Positions 1-11,251 of a stretch of DNA of 64,000 nucleotides are shown piece by piece. Positions within the stretch are counted from its first letter, which is position 1. Each line of letters opens with the position of its first letter. The notes under the pieces are model-generated. The model was not told the origin of the DNA. It did not search any database and saw nothing but the letters and a program-made list of their open reading frames with translations. Position numbers and translations under genes: made by a program. This DNA comes from Trichinella spiralis (taxonomy: Eukaryota), in the NCBI RefSeq assembly GCF_000181795.1, contig NW_003526947.1, positions 976,029 through 1,040,028 on the forward strand. Reading direction: 5' to 3'.

Positions 1-639
1 ACAAGAGAAGACAAAGTTCCTGGGACCCCAATTCTGTAGGTCTGGGATTGGGATACTTCGAAAGGGCGAAGTTATCCCATAGTTGTAATTAAGTTAACGA
101 CCAACCTACATGGCTGAGTTTTGAATTAATGCAGTACTTGGTCTTTCACGCAGCAAAATTTACGTATGCAACTGCTTTCATGTGTCGAAATAATTTTTGA
201 TTTCTATTTAATTTGAAATTTTTGTTTTTCTTTTCTTACATAATTTGATTTTGAACACTTTCTAAAGCAAATTCTTTTTATTTTATTTTTATTTTTCAAA
301 ATGTTAAACTTCAAACATTCATTCAAACTTTATTTTCCCCTACTTTATTTTATTCATTTTATTGATATTTTAATTCCTTTTGATTCTTTTTTATTTTTAC
401 TTTTTTTTCTTATAGTGTACATTTGCATGTTTTTTCAATTTATTTCTCCAAATATTTTTTACTCTGATTCTTTTATTTTGAGTTTGACATTGTAAAATCT
501 CTGACACATGAAAGCATTGCACACATATAAGTAAACACGTAATAAACCATGGAAAAATAATACAAATGGAGAAGAAAAAAGACAAGTGGAGAAAGCCAAG
601 ATCGGTGAAAGGTTGTGGATAGGTTGGATCGAATCGTTT

Positions 640-682
640 GTTGGTCAATTGCGTTCGTTGGTCAATTGCGCTCGTTGGTCAA
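640..682 (+). repeat. 17-bp tandem repeat (gttggtcaattgcgYtc, about 2.5 units)
   Basis: Seen directly in the sequence. Confidence 0.85.
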
Positions 683-1182
683 GTGAGGTAAGTATTGGCA
701 CGTTGGAGAAGATACGATGTGGCAAAGTCGAGTGTGGAAAGCTTCTTCATTACAAAGACACAATACACAGACGTAACAAAAGACCAATACTGCGTTATTT
801 CTTAACGATGATGCTCATGTAGGATTAGTTAAAAAGGGAAAAATCATGTTTGCCATTACTAGTTGCCAGCCAGCAATATTAATTAGTTTATAGGAACAAA
901 AACAAAACAGTTAAAATGGGGGAAAATGAAATAATACACGTAACACATGTAAATTAATAATCTATTTAAAAGTAAGAAAAAAAAATTTTTTCTTTTAATA
1001 TAAACGAAGAACAATGCAACAACAACAACAATTCTTTATTAATGAAAAAGTTTATTTTTCAAAAAAAAGATAAATGTGCAATGTAATACAAACAAACAGA
1101 TAAAGTCTGGCATAAATGAGTTCTGCGAAATGGCAACATGTCGGAAAATGGGACATGGAAANNNNNNNNNNTCCAAAGGGGA

Positions 1183-1346
1183 GGGGAGATTGTGCGTTTT
1201 GTCTGCCCAACAGAGTGGGGGGAGATTTTGCATTTTTCCTTGTCTGCAGGGGAGAGGAGATTTGCGCTTTCCATGAAAAAATCGTGAGGGTGGGGGAGAT
1301 TTCGCGTTTTCGTCGATTCAGCGGGGGGGAAGGTTGCTTTTTTTTG
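1183..1346 (+). repeat. Degenerate ~35-40-bp tandem repeat (about 5 units, core GGGGAGATTYYGCRTTTT)
   Basis: The core recurs at ~1183, 1219, 1254, 1293 and 1326. Confidence 0.75.
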
Positions 1347-1439
1347 TGAATTTTTTTTAAAAAAAAGTTTTCGGTTGCGGTGGAGGCCTGCCTTTCGGTC
1401 AGCCCGACCGCCCCCGCGCCGCCCCCCGCCCTCCTGCCC

Positions 1440-1668
1440 CGGGGACTCCCAAGGCATCATCGCCTCCTAGCCCACGTGCTGGCCTCACGATTTTGGCCGA
1501 GATGACCATGGGTGGATCCATCTGATCCACCCTCGACGGACCAGATGGCCATTCTGATCCGCCGAAGACGTAGCTTCCGCACCAGATGGCGTGCGTTGCC
1601 AGGCAGATGTGAATCGTTACGCCTACTAAGCCTTGCCGCCTCATGCACATCAAATTGCCGTCACACCT
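1440..1668 (-). repeat. GC-rich unit A of an inverted, diverged repeat pair (partner at 2752-3084)
   Basis: Its reverse complement shares the colinear blocks AGGTGTGACGGCAA.T.TGATGT, GTAACGAT, CTACGTC, GGTCATCTC, GGCCAGCAC, CTAGGAG and AGTCCCCG with 2752-3084. Confidence 0.8.
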
Positions 1669-1802
1669 GATACTCAAAATTAATGTACTGTCCTGCAGAA
1701 CCATCTCATGTTTGCATACTTACCGTATGATTTACAACTCATCATTATTGATTTAATGTATTATGCCTACTTATCTTTTCAAATAAAACTGACAACTGTA
1801 AG

Positions 1803-2070
1803 TTGCTGTTTTTTGCATTGCAATTAAAACATTCTAATTAACTATTAAAAAACCCTGCTGAAATATGTGGTTACGAGTGACGTTATTTTACCTAATTAGA
1901 AAATATTATGACCCACTTTTGTGTTTACATTGTATGTTAATCATTTATTAAATAACTCACACTGCTAAAATATGTTGTTACGAGTGACGCTATTTAACCT
2001 AATTAAAAATTAAAATACTCAGTGTTGCATTTACGTTGCATTTTAAACTTTCTAATTATCATATTAAAAT
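1803..2070 (+). repeat. Degenerate ~107-bp tandem repeat (about 2.5 units)
   Basis: ctgctRaaatatgtKgttacgagtgacgYtatttWacctaattaRaaa occurs at 1855 and 1962. A flanking ttgca..ttaaa..ttctaatta..tattaaaa block occurs at ~1817 and ~2036. Confidence 0.75.
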
Positions 2071-2360
2071 TAATCTCATATTTAATACATTGTTTTCCTA
2101 CATGTTACGGATTAATAACATTCTATTTATAGAAGATTACTTCCTATTTATCAAAAGATTAAACTCGTTGCACCTTGTCTAAGCTAATGGTTTATTTAAT
2201 TTATTCCAAGTTTACTTTTGCCACTGCCTAATTAAAGGAGACCCCGATTAACATTTTTATAAGTAAAAAATTTATATTCAAACAATAGCTAATTCACAAA
2301 TAATTAATAAATAAAATTATGCCTATTTAATGTTTACCATATTACATCCCTTTTAACTGG

Positions 2361-2544
2361 TTACATTACACTGTTTTAAAGTAGAAATCTACTTTGACAT
2401 TACATTCTTTTCAAGTAAAAAACTGCTTTAAACTAAAAATATATTATTATTACTATAAAATTAATGAAGAATTAAAACCTTTTATAAGATGAAATGTAAA
2501 TGAAAAACTGATAAACTTTTCTACTTTAAAACAGTGTAATGTAA
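2361..2544. repeat. Perfect 27-bp inverted repeat with a 130-bp AT-rich spacer (MITE-like)
   Basis: ttacattacactgttttaaagtagaaa (2361-2387) is the exact reverse complement of 2518-2544. Confidence 0.8.
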
Positions 2545-2751
2545 ACAAAAACTGAATTTGCCCAATTATTAGATGAATGAACATTATATTTTATTTATCA
2601 TTTAAGTTCCTAAATGGATAAATTAATGTATAAAATGTTAACAAATTTAAACTATTTAGCATGATTATAAGGGGAAACTCTCGATGAAGATTAATTTCAA
2701 AGGTACTATGCCTAAACTGATGAAAGGTGCAACGCCAAATGAACTAGTTAA

Positions 2752-3084
2752 AGGTGTGACGGCAAATCTGATGTCAATCATTGGCCAAGTGTCAGAGCCA
2801 GCGAGACAATAACACAAACGCATAGCGACGCTTACCGTTCCTCTTGGGGGAGTAACGATCACCACTAGATTGGCACCGAAACAGAGTCTCGGCACTACGT
2901 CAATTGCGAATTTGCATAACTGCCTCTAGGACAGATACGTCTTATGAATTCACATAGGTGTTGAAATCCCATTGCACAAGATTTCAAACAACGTCCATTA
3001 CCACACAAATGGACAGGGTCATCTCTTTAAAACCGGTCTCTGGCCAGCACAGGACTAGGAGACTCCGCCCGAGGGAAGTCCCCG
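2752..3084 (+). repeat. GC-rich unit B of the inverted, diverged repeat pair; runs into the N gap at 3092-3212
   Basis: Blocks at 2752-2774, 2852-2859, 2895-2901, 3017-3025, 3042-3050, 3055-3061 and 3077-3084 mirror 1647-1668, 1613-1620, 1567-1573, 1499-1507, 1476-1484, 1464-1470 and 1440-1447. Confidence 0.8.
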
Positions 3085-3676
3085 TTACGGGNNNNNNNNN
3101 NNNNNNNNNNNNNNNNNNNNNNNNNNNNNNNNNNNNNNNNNNNNNNNNNNNNNNNNNNNNNNNNNNNNNNNNNNNNNNNNNNNNNNNNNNNNNNNNNNNN
3201 NNNNNNNNNNNNGGTTAGGGGTCGCGTCGTGCAGTGTAACCCGTCGAACTCCTGCACACCACCCTATCTCACATTCCTCCTATCCTTGCACTGCTATTCT
3301 CAAGCATTTACTTATTCTAATACTCAAACTATAGCAGTGCTAAAAACTCACTATGCTCAAAAATTGTCCTTTGAAATGATCGACAAATTATTCAACCATT
3401 TCTCTTTCCGCAAATGAACCCTAAACTCAACTCGAAAGGCATGGGACATGAAAACGTTCAAATGCGGAAAGCCACTCAAATTAATTATAATAATACTCAT
3501 GATCTACATCCAATTACTCTAATTAACAAACATCTGAATTAAATGCTCGATAACTTACAGCTCGAATTTATATAAATTACAGACTCAAGAACTCCTCAGT
3601 GAACTTTAACTAATTAGCCTAACTCAAAAAATTATACTTACCAAACTTACCCTTGTCTTCGAGATGTCTTCTTTTA

Positions 3677-4303
3677 TCTTCTATTCTTCTGTATCTAAAT
3701 ATAGAAGAATTAATTTAATGAAATAATGTTATAATAAATAAAAAACAAAGCCGTTTTTATTGCTCTTCTTCGTCCAACATCGCATTGACAACGCCATTGT
3801 TCATTCGCCGCACATCGTTCGCCTACAATCATTTGAAATGAATTTCTAGAGCAACTAATAGTAGCCTCAGGAAAATTTACATAAAGTTCATTTCTATTGA
3901 TTAACAAGTATGAAACATATCTCTCATTAGGTTGAACAAATATTATGCATGCCGCGCATAAGCTCAAAAGCAAACAAATTAAAATGCAAATTCAAATTGA
4001 AACTGCACCACGCCCTTTGTTCGAAAAGATAAGATGTCTTCTATATCTTATTACACACCCTTACTCAGTAGTAAAGCACNNNNNNNNNNAATACAACATT
4101 CGCATTTCTCTCATTTGTTTATTACATAGTAACCTTCTTATCATTAATTTGGCAATTTTAAATATTGCATATTACTGTATTTCCCAATTATTAATTATCC
4201 TTTCGTGATTTTTTTGGAAAAAATACTATACTTCATATAAAAGATGCTTTTACTTTCTCATTTATCGGCTTCATTCTTTTATGCTTGCATCTGTGCTCAT
4301 GCA
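3677..4303 (+). repeat. Redundant gapped copy of 4314-5693, probably an assembly artefact
   Basis: 3677-4079 matches 4314-4709 and 4090-4303 matches 5476-5693. The pieces abut 10-N gaps, and most differences are single-base homopolymer indels near contig ends. Confidence 0.85.
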
Positions 4304-5887
4304 NNNNNNNNNNTCTTCTATCTTCGGTATCTAATATAGAGGAATTAATGTAATGAGATAATGTTTAATAAATAAAAAACAAAGCCGTTTTATTGCTCTT
4401 TTCGTCCAACATCGCATTGACAACGCCATTGTTCATTCGCCGCACATCGTTCGCCTACAATCATTTGAAATGAATTTCTAGAGCAACTAATAGTAGCCTC
4501 AGGAAAATTTACATAAAGTTCATTTCTATTGATTAACAAGTATGAAACATATCTCTCATTAGGTTGAACAAATATTATGCATGCCGCGCATAAGCTCAAA
4601 AGCAAACAAATTAAAATGCAAATTCAAATTGAAACTGCACCACGCCTTTGTTCGAAAAGATAAGATTCTTCTATATCTTATAACACACCTTACTCAGTAG
4701 TTAAAGCACAAATAGATTGAGCAAATATCGTTCAAGGCTTCTGCTAGTCAACAAAGTCAATTTAACTGGTGCTCTGCTAATATGAAGTTAATTTTCAAAT
4801 GGCCCAATTTGCATAAAAGACAGACACTGCGCACGTAGCGGTAAACGCCAGGTTATGTAAGTTGAATATGCTACTCAAATATGAATTAGAACATAATGTC
4901 AACAAAAAATAAACAATGATTGGGCGCACTGGTTGCGTTCTATGACAAGCAAAATTAAATAGACGATAATTTTGATTTATCTAATGTCTTCATTTTGCAA
5001 AATTTATAAAACAATATAAAGTGATAATAAAATTAAATTGAAAACGATTTCTGTATGAAAACGGTATTTTTCTGTCATGCATAATAAATAACACTATACA
5101 CTTAGTGATATTCGACCTGCTAAGGAAAGAATAAAATTGAATACTATAGGCAGGTGTAAATTGAAAATTTTACCGTCTTCTTTAGTTAAATTTAGACGAT
5201 TACACAAAACTACAAATTGAAATAAGGATTTGTTCAAGACCTTCAACATTCAACTACATGTAATTAAGAATTCCGCTTTAAAAGTATTTCAAGTTTTGCG
5301 CATCTTTAAATTGAAAATTGCCTAAATACTTAATTATACATGCATTCATAGGAAAACATCAGGAAAGTAAGATTCATTATTAAATTTTCACCTGAATGTA
5401 GCATTTTGCACTTGAACCTTGGTTACGCATCGCCACCGCTTATCGAACAGCATTGTAATAAAATAATAACTATGAATACAACATTCGCATTTCTCTCATT
5501 TGTTTATTACATAGTAACCTTCTTATCATTAATTTGGCAATTTAAATATTGCATATTACTGTATTTCCAATTATTAATTATCTTTTCGTGATTTTTTTGG
5601 AAATATACTATAACTTCATATTAAAAGATGCTTTTACTTTTCCTCATTTTATCGGCTTCATTTCCTTTTTATGCTTTGCATTCTGTGCTCATGCAAGACA
5701 ATACTATCTGCTGGAATGAGGTCATTAATGTAGAATGAGACTTGTATTTACCTCACTGGCAACATTGAAGCTTTGGTGCAGTCAAGCTGCCTATCATCAG
5801 TTAGATTAATACCTGCAAATTTTCATATACTTTTAATTTATTGCTTTGTGATTCATGCCTGAATTCCAGATATATTTATAAGCGTCT

Positions 5888-6229
5888 TCTCCTGGTCGAA
5901 AACCATCCCTATTTATCTGCTATTCTAAACCACAACGAACCATTTTCTAGAAATTATAATAAAACAAACAAAAATCCAAATAGCTTTACGGGCCTACGAC
6001 CGTCTTTCCATTGAAAACGGAACAACATTCACTCTCAGCATACCGTTGGCTAACAATTATTGCAACTGATGTTGCAAAAGCAAATGCACAGCACTCGCTT
6101 AGAAATTTCCATAAAATTGATTGGTGAATAAGTACTACTTGCATTGTTCACTCCGTTGGGCCGACATAATTTTGGTGTATGTTAGCTGAAAGGCAAACAA
6201 ATTGTGAGGTCTCACAAATGCATTTCGAT
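5888..6229 (+). repeat. ~345-bp diverged dispersed repeat, copy 1 (copy 2 at ~13532-13877)
   Basis: Shared blocks ttctagaaattataataaaa, gggcctacgaccgtcttt, cactctcagcatacc, aagtactactt, cataattttggtg and gaaaggcaaacaaat. Identity is roughly three-quarters by eye. Confidence 0.9.
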
Positions 6230-6526
6230 TTCTGGATAGCAAGAAAATGATTAAGCTGTGTAACAATTTTTTCCCATTTCTTGCCGTTTCAACGACTGGA
6301 TTTTCATTTTTAAGCCGTAACCACAAAAACTGTTGATTTCCAGGCAGAAATGTATATAGCAGTGCTTACAAATTTGAAAATTTCCATTAAATCTATTTAA
6401 AAACAAAACAAAATATAGTAAATTTTATTTTCAAGAATTTTTAACATTAAAACAAAGAACAACATTTCTATTGAAATTATTTATAAAAGCGAATATTAAA
6501 AACAGTGCTGCTGATCGAATCAGCTT

Positions 6527-6760
6527 TCATGACAACTGCTCAAGCATTTGTTGAAGGATTTCACTGCTCAACGGCGCCGTCTGTCCCGGTGGTGGTAGCA
6601 AGTCATGGAATTTATTCACGTTTTGCTTTGTCTGCTTGATCTTCTTTTTTCTTTTCTCCTTCTTCAACTTTACTGCTTTGTAAAGCATGTATACAAATGC
6701 GACCAATTCGCACAATGCGGCAAACAAAACCAGGGCAAAAACACCTTTTTTCCACATCAT
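6527..6760 (-). CDS. Putative 77-aa single-pass membrane microprotein
   Basis: ATG-led intronless ORF with a ~20-aa hydrophobic segment (GVFALVLFAALCELVAFVYML), then a Lys-rich cluster (KAVKLKKEKRKKKIK) and an LLPPPG tail. It is GC-richer than its flanks. No homolog recognised. Confidence 0.4.
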   Translation of the reverse strand: MMWKKGVFALVLFAALCELVAFVYMLYKAVKLKKEKRKKKIKQTKQNVNKFHDLLPPPGQTAPLSSEILQQMLEQLS

Positions 6761-9700
6761 AATTTAATGCAGCTATCAAGCTCGAACTATGATAAGAACT
6801 GAAGAACGCGGCAAACAAGACGTAACTCATGCTTTAAAGTGTTTAAACAATTTGGCATTCAAACTTGTTTAAATGACAGCACTGACTTCTTTAAAGTAAC
6901 CTCATAATGTTAAATTATTTAGAGTAGAAGCTATTTTTTAATTCAAATTTGACAATTGCAAAATTGAAATTGAACACTTAATTGAGTATGGCAAATAGTT
7001 TCTAATTGTTATTCAAATATTTTACAGAATTAATTTTCTCAATTTCCTCATCAATACATACTTCTTCAACTGTTATATTTGCATAAACTTGCCTTGAAAC
7101 CATTCAAATAGCAGTATTTTTTTCTTATTCTTCTTTTCTTACAATTTTCTTCTATGCTTCATATATCTAATGCATAGATAAATCCATCATTTATCGTAAA
7201 ATTAATTTTTACTACTTTACTCTTTTCAAATACAACAAGTCCTGTTTAACAAATAACAAGTGAATAGACATGTAAATGCGCACGCCACACACTCATATAT
7301 ATTCAGACAAATATGTATGCAATTAATTCTGAATTTCAAAATGATTGAAATACAAGTAAAGCAATGTCTTCTACTTACGTGTTGTCTTTCTTCTTCTGTC
7401 AGACTTATGTATGTATTTCCAACACTTCCTTCTCTGGAAAAATAATTAGGAATTAAAAATTTTTTTAAAATCGCATGAATTTTAATATTATTAGCATGCA
7501 CTGTTATTTGGCTTCAATTATTTTTTATAACATGGGTATTGCGTATTTGTTTATGTGATAATATTCATGCAAATGACATAACAGATAACTGCATAATTAC
7601 TGTATCACTCACTTGCGTTCAACATGCAAATGAATTTAAGCATGTACGAAATGGTGTATGGTTGCTTTATGCAGGTTCCAGTAATGGTTATATTGATGTG
7701 GTACTTGTGTGTCTGCAGCATCTATAAAAAACACAAGTAATATAGGGATAGAAATATTTCAATGTTAGTAATAATAGCGGAAAAATCCAATTTATTAGTT
7801 ATATTGAGTAAATCAAGCATAGAATATCTCCACACTATCGAATATCATTTACCTGTTAATCATAGACGGTATGCAAGAGTGTGATTACATTTGCACACCT
7901 CCTCTTACGTCAAAATGACTGACCACAATATTCTGCAATATTGTATGATAGTAAGTGAATTTCAGTTATGGGAAAACAACCTAGTTTTTCATGAGTAGGA
8001 GCGTAATAGCATAAATTAAAAGTGTTCGTTTATTAATTTGTTTGCTGAAATGAAAGCTCTTTTGCTTAAAGTCATGTAAGGTGATGAAGAATGCAAATAA
8101 TATGAAAATTAATTTCAACAAGTATCTAGCATATTAGAATCTTCAATTAGTTGTAAAAAAAATTGAAATTGCTATTCTTAATACTGCACGCCATGCAAAA
8201 TATTTCACATTACCATCAAATATTTAGGTGAGAAATAACTATATTAGAAAAGAGGCAGAAATAGTTAAGTAATAAACAATGCAATTATATTACATACTTT
8301 CTCTTAAGAATCTCTAAAAGAAATTCTATTTTTCATTCTCATTACTGGAAATTATCAATTTCGCTCTGACATCTAAGCATAGAATAAATGTCGATAGCAA
8401 AAAATAGTAGAAATCTGCTAGCTTTCAGCTGGCCCATTGTTGAAGTCGTACAATCATAAAATATGAAGCATAAGCTATTTTTGAATCATAGATGATTTAA
8501 GCGAGTAAAATTGAAAACACTGCTTGACTGATGGCCATATCACACTACTATAATGAATTGCTAACCACAGTGAGTACATTCTGAAGAGTTCTACAAGAGT
8601 AAGTGTGCAATATAAATAGCATATCCATTTGACTGTGGTGTAGTTACAGCGTAATAGCCTAATAGAAATGGATAACATGAGACAAGAAAGATATGAATTA
8701 TTCTTGACTGTTTCTCATATGCACATCATTTAGTGTAAGACTGTTCTCGCGGCATTGATGAAACTTCAGTTTCTGCAATGCAATTCACATCAATGTCACT
8801 GCGATCAATTCTGAAGCAACAAGTTTAAAAACAGTTGGAATTGTACAAAAAATAAGGAAGCCTGCATTCCAAAAGACAGAAAATATTGCACAAAAGTATC
8901 CTGTTTCAGAGAATACTATGCTTTAATGTGGAAAATGTTTAACTTACATAACATCCTCCATCATAGCTAAATTTCAAAAAATATCAAAACCTATAAATGT
9001 GCCAACGCTATAGGCCATTTATTCTGAAACTACTGGGTAATCATTGCTTAAATATTGCACGGTACGCTAAGATAAAATAAATTTAATGAATTGAAAACGT
9101 TGAAGTTTGACAATACAGAAGAAACATCAGTTATGGTTAAAATCAGAGAAAGAACTCCGCAAGTTACAGAACCATTACTAAAACGGTGAAGAAGTCTCAG
9201 TAACTCACCATAAGAAAGAAGCTAAGCAGAGGAGGTCAATGAAACTGCACATGAAAAATTGGTACCGATACAAAATGTGGGATAATGGATTGGGCTGTGG
9301 CAGGGTTCACCAATTATTCAGTAACTTTCTCATAGATTGCATAGTACATTCATCTTTCACTATATTTTTTGCTCACCATTTGTGAATCATATATGAACAG
9401 AACGGAAGCCAAGGAATGAAAAATCATTTACTTTGAAATTGAAGATGGTATTGAGAAGAAGAGCTTTGCGCGCTTCTTGACTGCTGCTCTACACACTGAA
9501 AAACTGAATAATCATGAGGATTGCATTCTTCAACTTTATTCAGGGTCAAGTGGAAAAAATTTGAATATGACATTGCCCTAGCTGAAATCACTGCACGATT
9601 AGTCCTAGTAGCGTAATGGCATCATCACAATCGAAACTTTAACTAATTATAAAAGTTATTGGGATTTTATTCAATTCTGATGTAATATAATACAATGTAA

Positions 9701-11251
9701 ATCAATATATTTTCGACTGTTGATTTGAAAAGTTGTTGTTCTTCATAAATTGAAATGAAAGAAAAGGGATATAACGTAAAAGGAAGAAAATTAGATAACT
9801 CAAACAAAAAAATATTGTATCACGCAACGCATTTTGAATGGATACTTTACTCAAATGTCAAAAATGTTACGTGTACTAAAAATCATGCATCCTGGTTCCG
9901 TATCGAGGAAGATGCAGATGGGCAACTTTCTTATGAATAAAGATAGGCAAGGCGCCAAGTTTACTGCCCATTTATTCCAAAACTAATGGTCAGTTGCTAA
10001 ATAAACAATTAATAGCACTATCATTTATCAATATGAACATTATCTGAAGAATAAAAAGAAAATTCTCAGCCTTTCGCTGAAAAACAGCAAACGCTGTAAT
10101 AGCCAAAGACATTTACGAAAAGGTCGATAAAACGATTTCCTTTCAAAATGATATAAAATGATCGGAAAAATTAGAAAACAACAAGGATCTTCGTCCAACT
10201 ATTCTTGTAGCGTATTCGTCATATATGCCTTTACAGTTGTAATAGAATAAATTGTTCGAAGTAATGGAACATTAGTAATGGAATATTAGTGTGAAGGAAA
10301 ACAAGAGAAATAAAATATGCAGAATAAATAAATATGCAAAGAAAGCGATATTGTGAATAGTTATTTCAAAACTTCTAAATGCATGAGCAAAAAAATCATC
10401 TCATCGAAATAAAATTTGTTACTGACTTTTGTATATCGCTTACAGCATCCTTAAAACGCAAAATTTTTCAAACGTATTCTCTACGATTAATTGCGCATTT
10501 GAAATCAGAATTCGTCACAATCAAGAGATGGAAATGCAAATTTTATGCAATGTTGCATTTATTCCTTTCATAAATGTTAAACTAGGAGACAAGTAGTTTT
10601 ATCAAATTTCTGGAAAATAAATCATCGATTCCATATAATTCAAAATTTATGAACATTTATTCCAGGCACTACTGCTTTCATTTATAATTTAATTAATTGC
10701 TCTTCTCAAATGCGAATTGGCCAAAATGAACAGATAAAAAGGAATGCAATTTTGATGCAAAATTCCATTTGTTCCTTCTATAAATACCCAATTTGAAAAC
10801 CATTCCTTTACGGAGAAATTCACCAAAACACTATCTTTTATTAATATAAAACTTTATTCATCAAAAAAGTCAAAATTTTGAAAACGAATTTTTCGCAGAT
10901 TTTCGCAAAAGCAGCCAAGTCTATAGCTCATGAAACTTTGAAATTTTCAAAAAAATATTTTTTCCAAAAATTAAGTGAATTTTTTATATCGGTAGACAAT
11001 TATTCGCTAAGTATTATAAACGAATCCGGACCGTTCGTGATTGCGTATTTCTTGATATATACCAAAGAACCTGAAACTTAAAATAGGATTTTAACGAAGT
11101 CGAAATAAAAAAGAATGAAAAATAAAAGTTGAAAATGTGCATATGGAATAGTGTCATTAACTGATACAAAAAAACTATCCATGTTGTCATCTGAAAAAAG
11201 GAATGTACTTTAATAAAAATTGTTCCTGATTTTCATTTAAGCAACAGTAAC

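Noticed and set aside
1716..1724. ATACTTACC, identical to the U1 snRNA 5' end
   Set aside because: No U1 stem-loops or Sm site follow. It is simply the complement of a GGTAAGTAT donor-like sequence.
640..2070. Regularly spaced short repeats as a CRISPR-like array
   Set aside because: The context is eukaryotic, the repeats are degenerate tandem units without unique constant-length spacers, and there are no cas genes.
2717..2745. CTGATGA followed by a short stem, a possible hammerhead ribozyme core
   Set aside because: The stem is not followed by GAAA and no stem I/III pairing was found. The motif is part of a degenerate AAAGGT...CTGATG repeat.
3072..3084. GGGAAGTCCCCG resembles the RNase MRP CR-I motif
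   Set aside because: It lies near the 3' end of the conserved unit rather than the 5' part, and no CR-V partner is visible (a gap follows). Not supportable.
3677..5693. Apparent tandem duplication containing the repeated ORF MLLSLCAACIIFVQ...
   Set aside because: The copies abut 10-N gaps and differ mainly by homopolymer indels at contig ends, consistent with redundant assembly. The ORF starts at TTG and has no recognisable homology.
5992..6020. GCCTACGACC...TTGAAAAC resembles the 5' end of 5S rRNA (also at ~13638)
   Set aside because: The similarity stops after ~25 nt. There is no GATC..GAAGTTAAGC A-box or TTAGTACTTGGAT C-box downstream.
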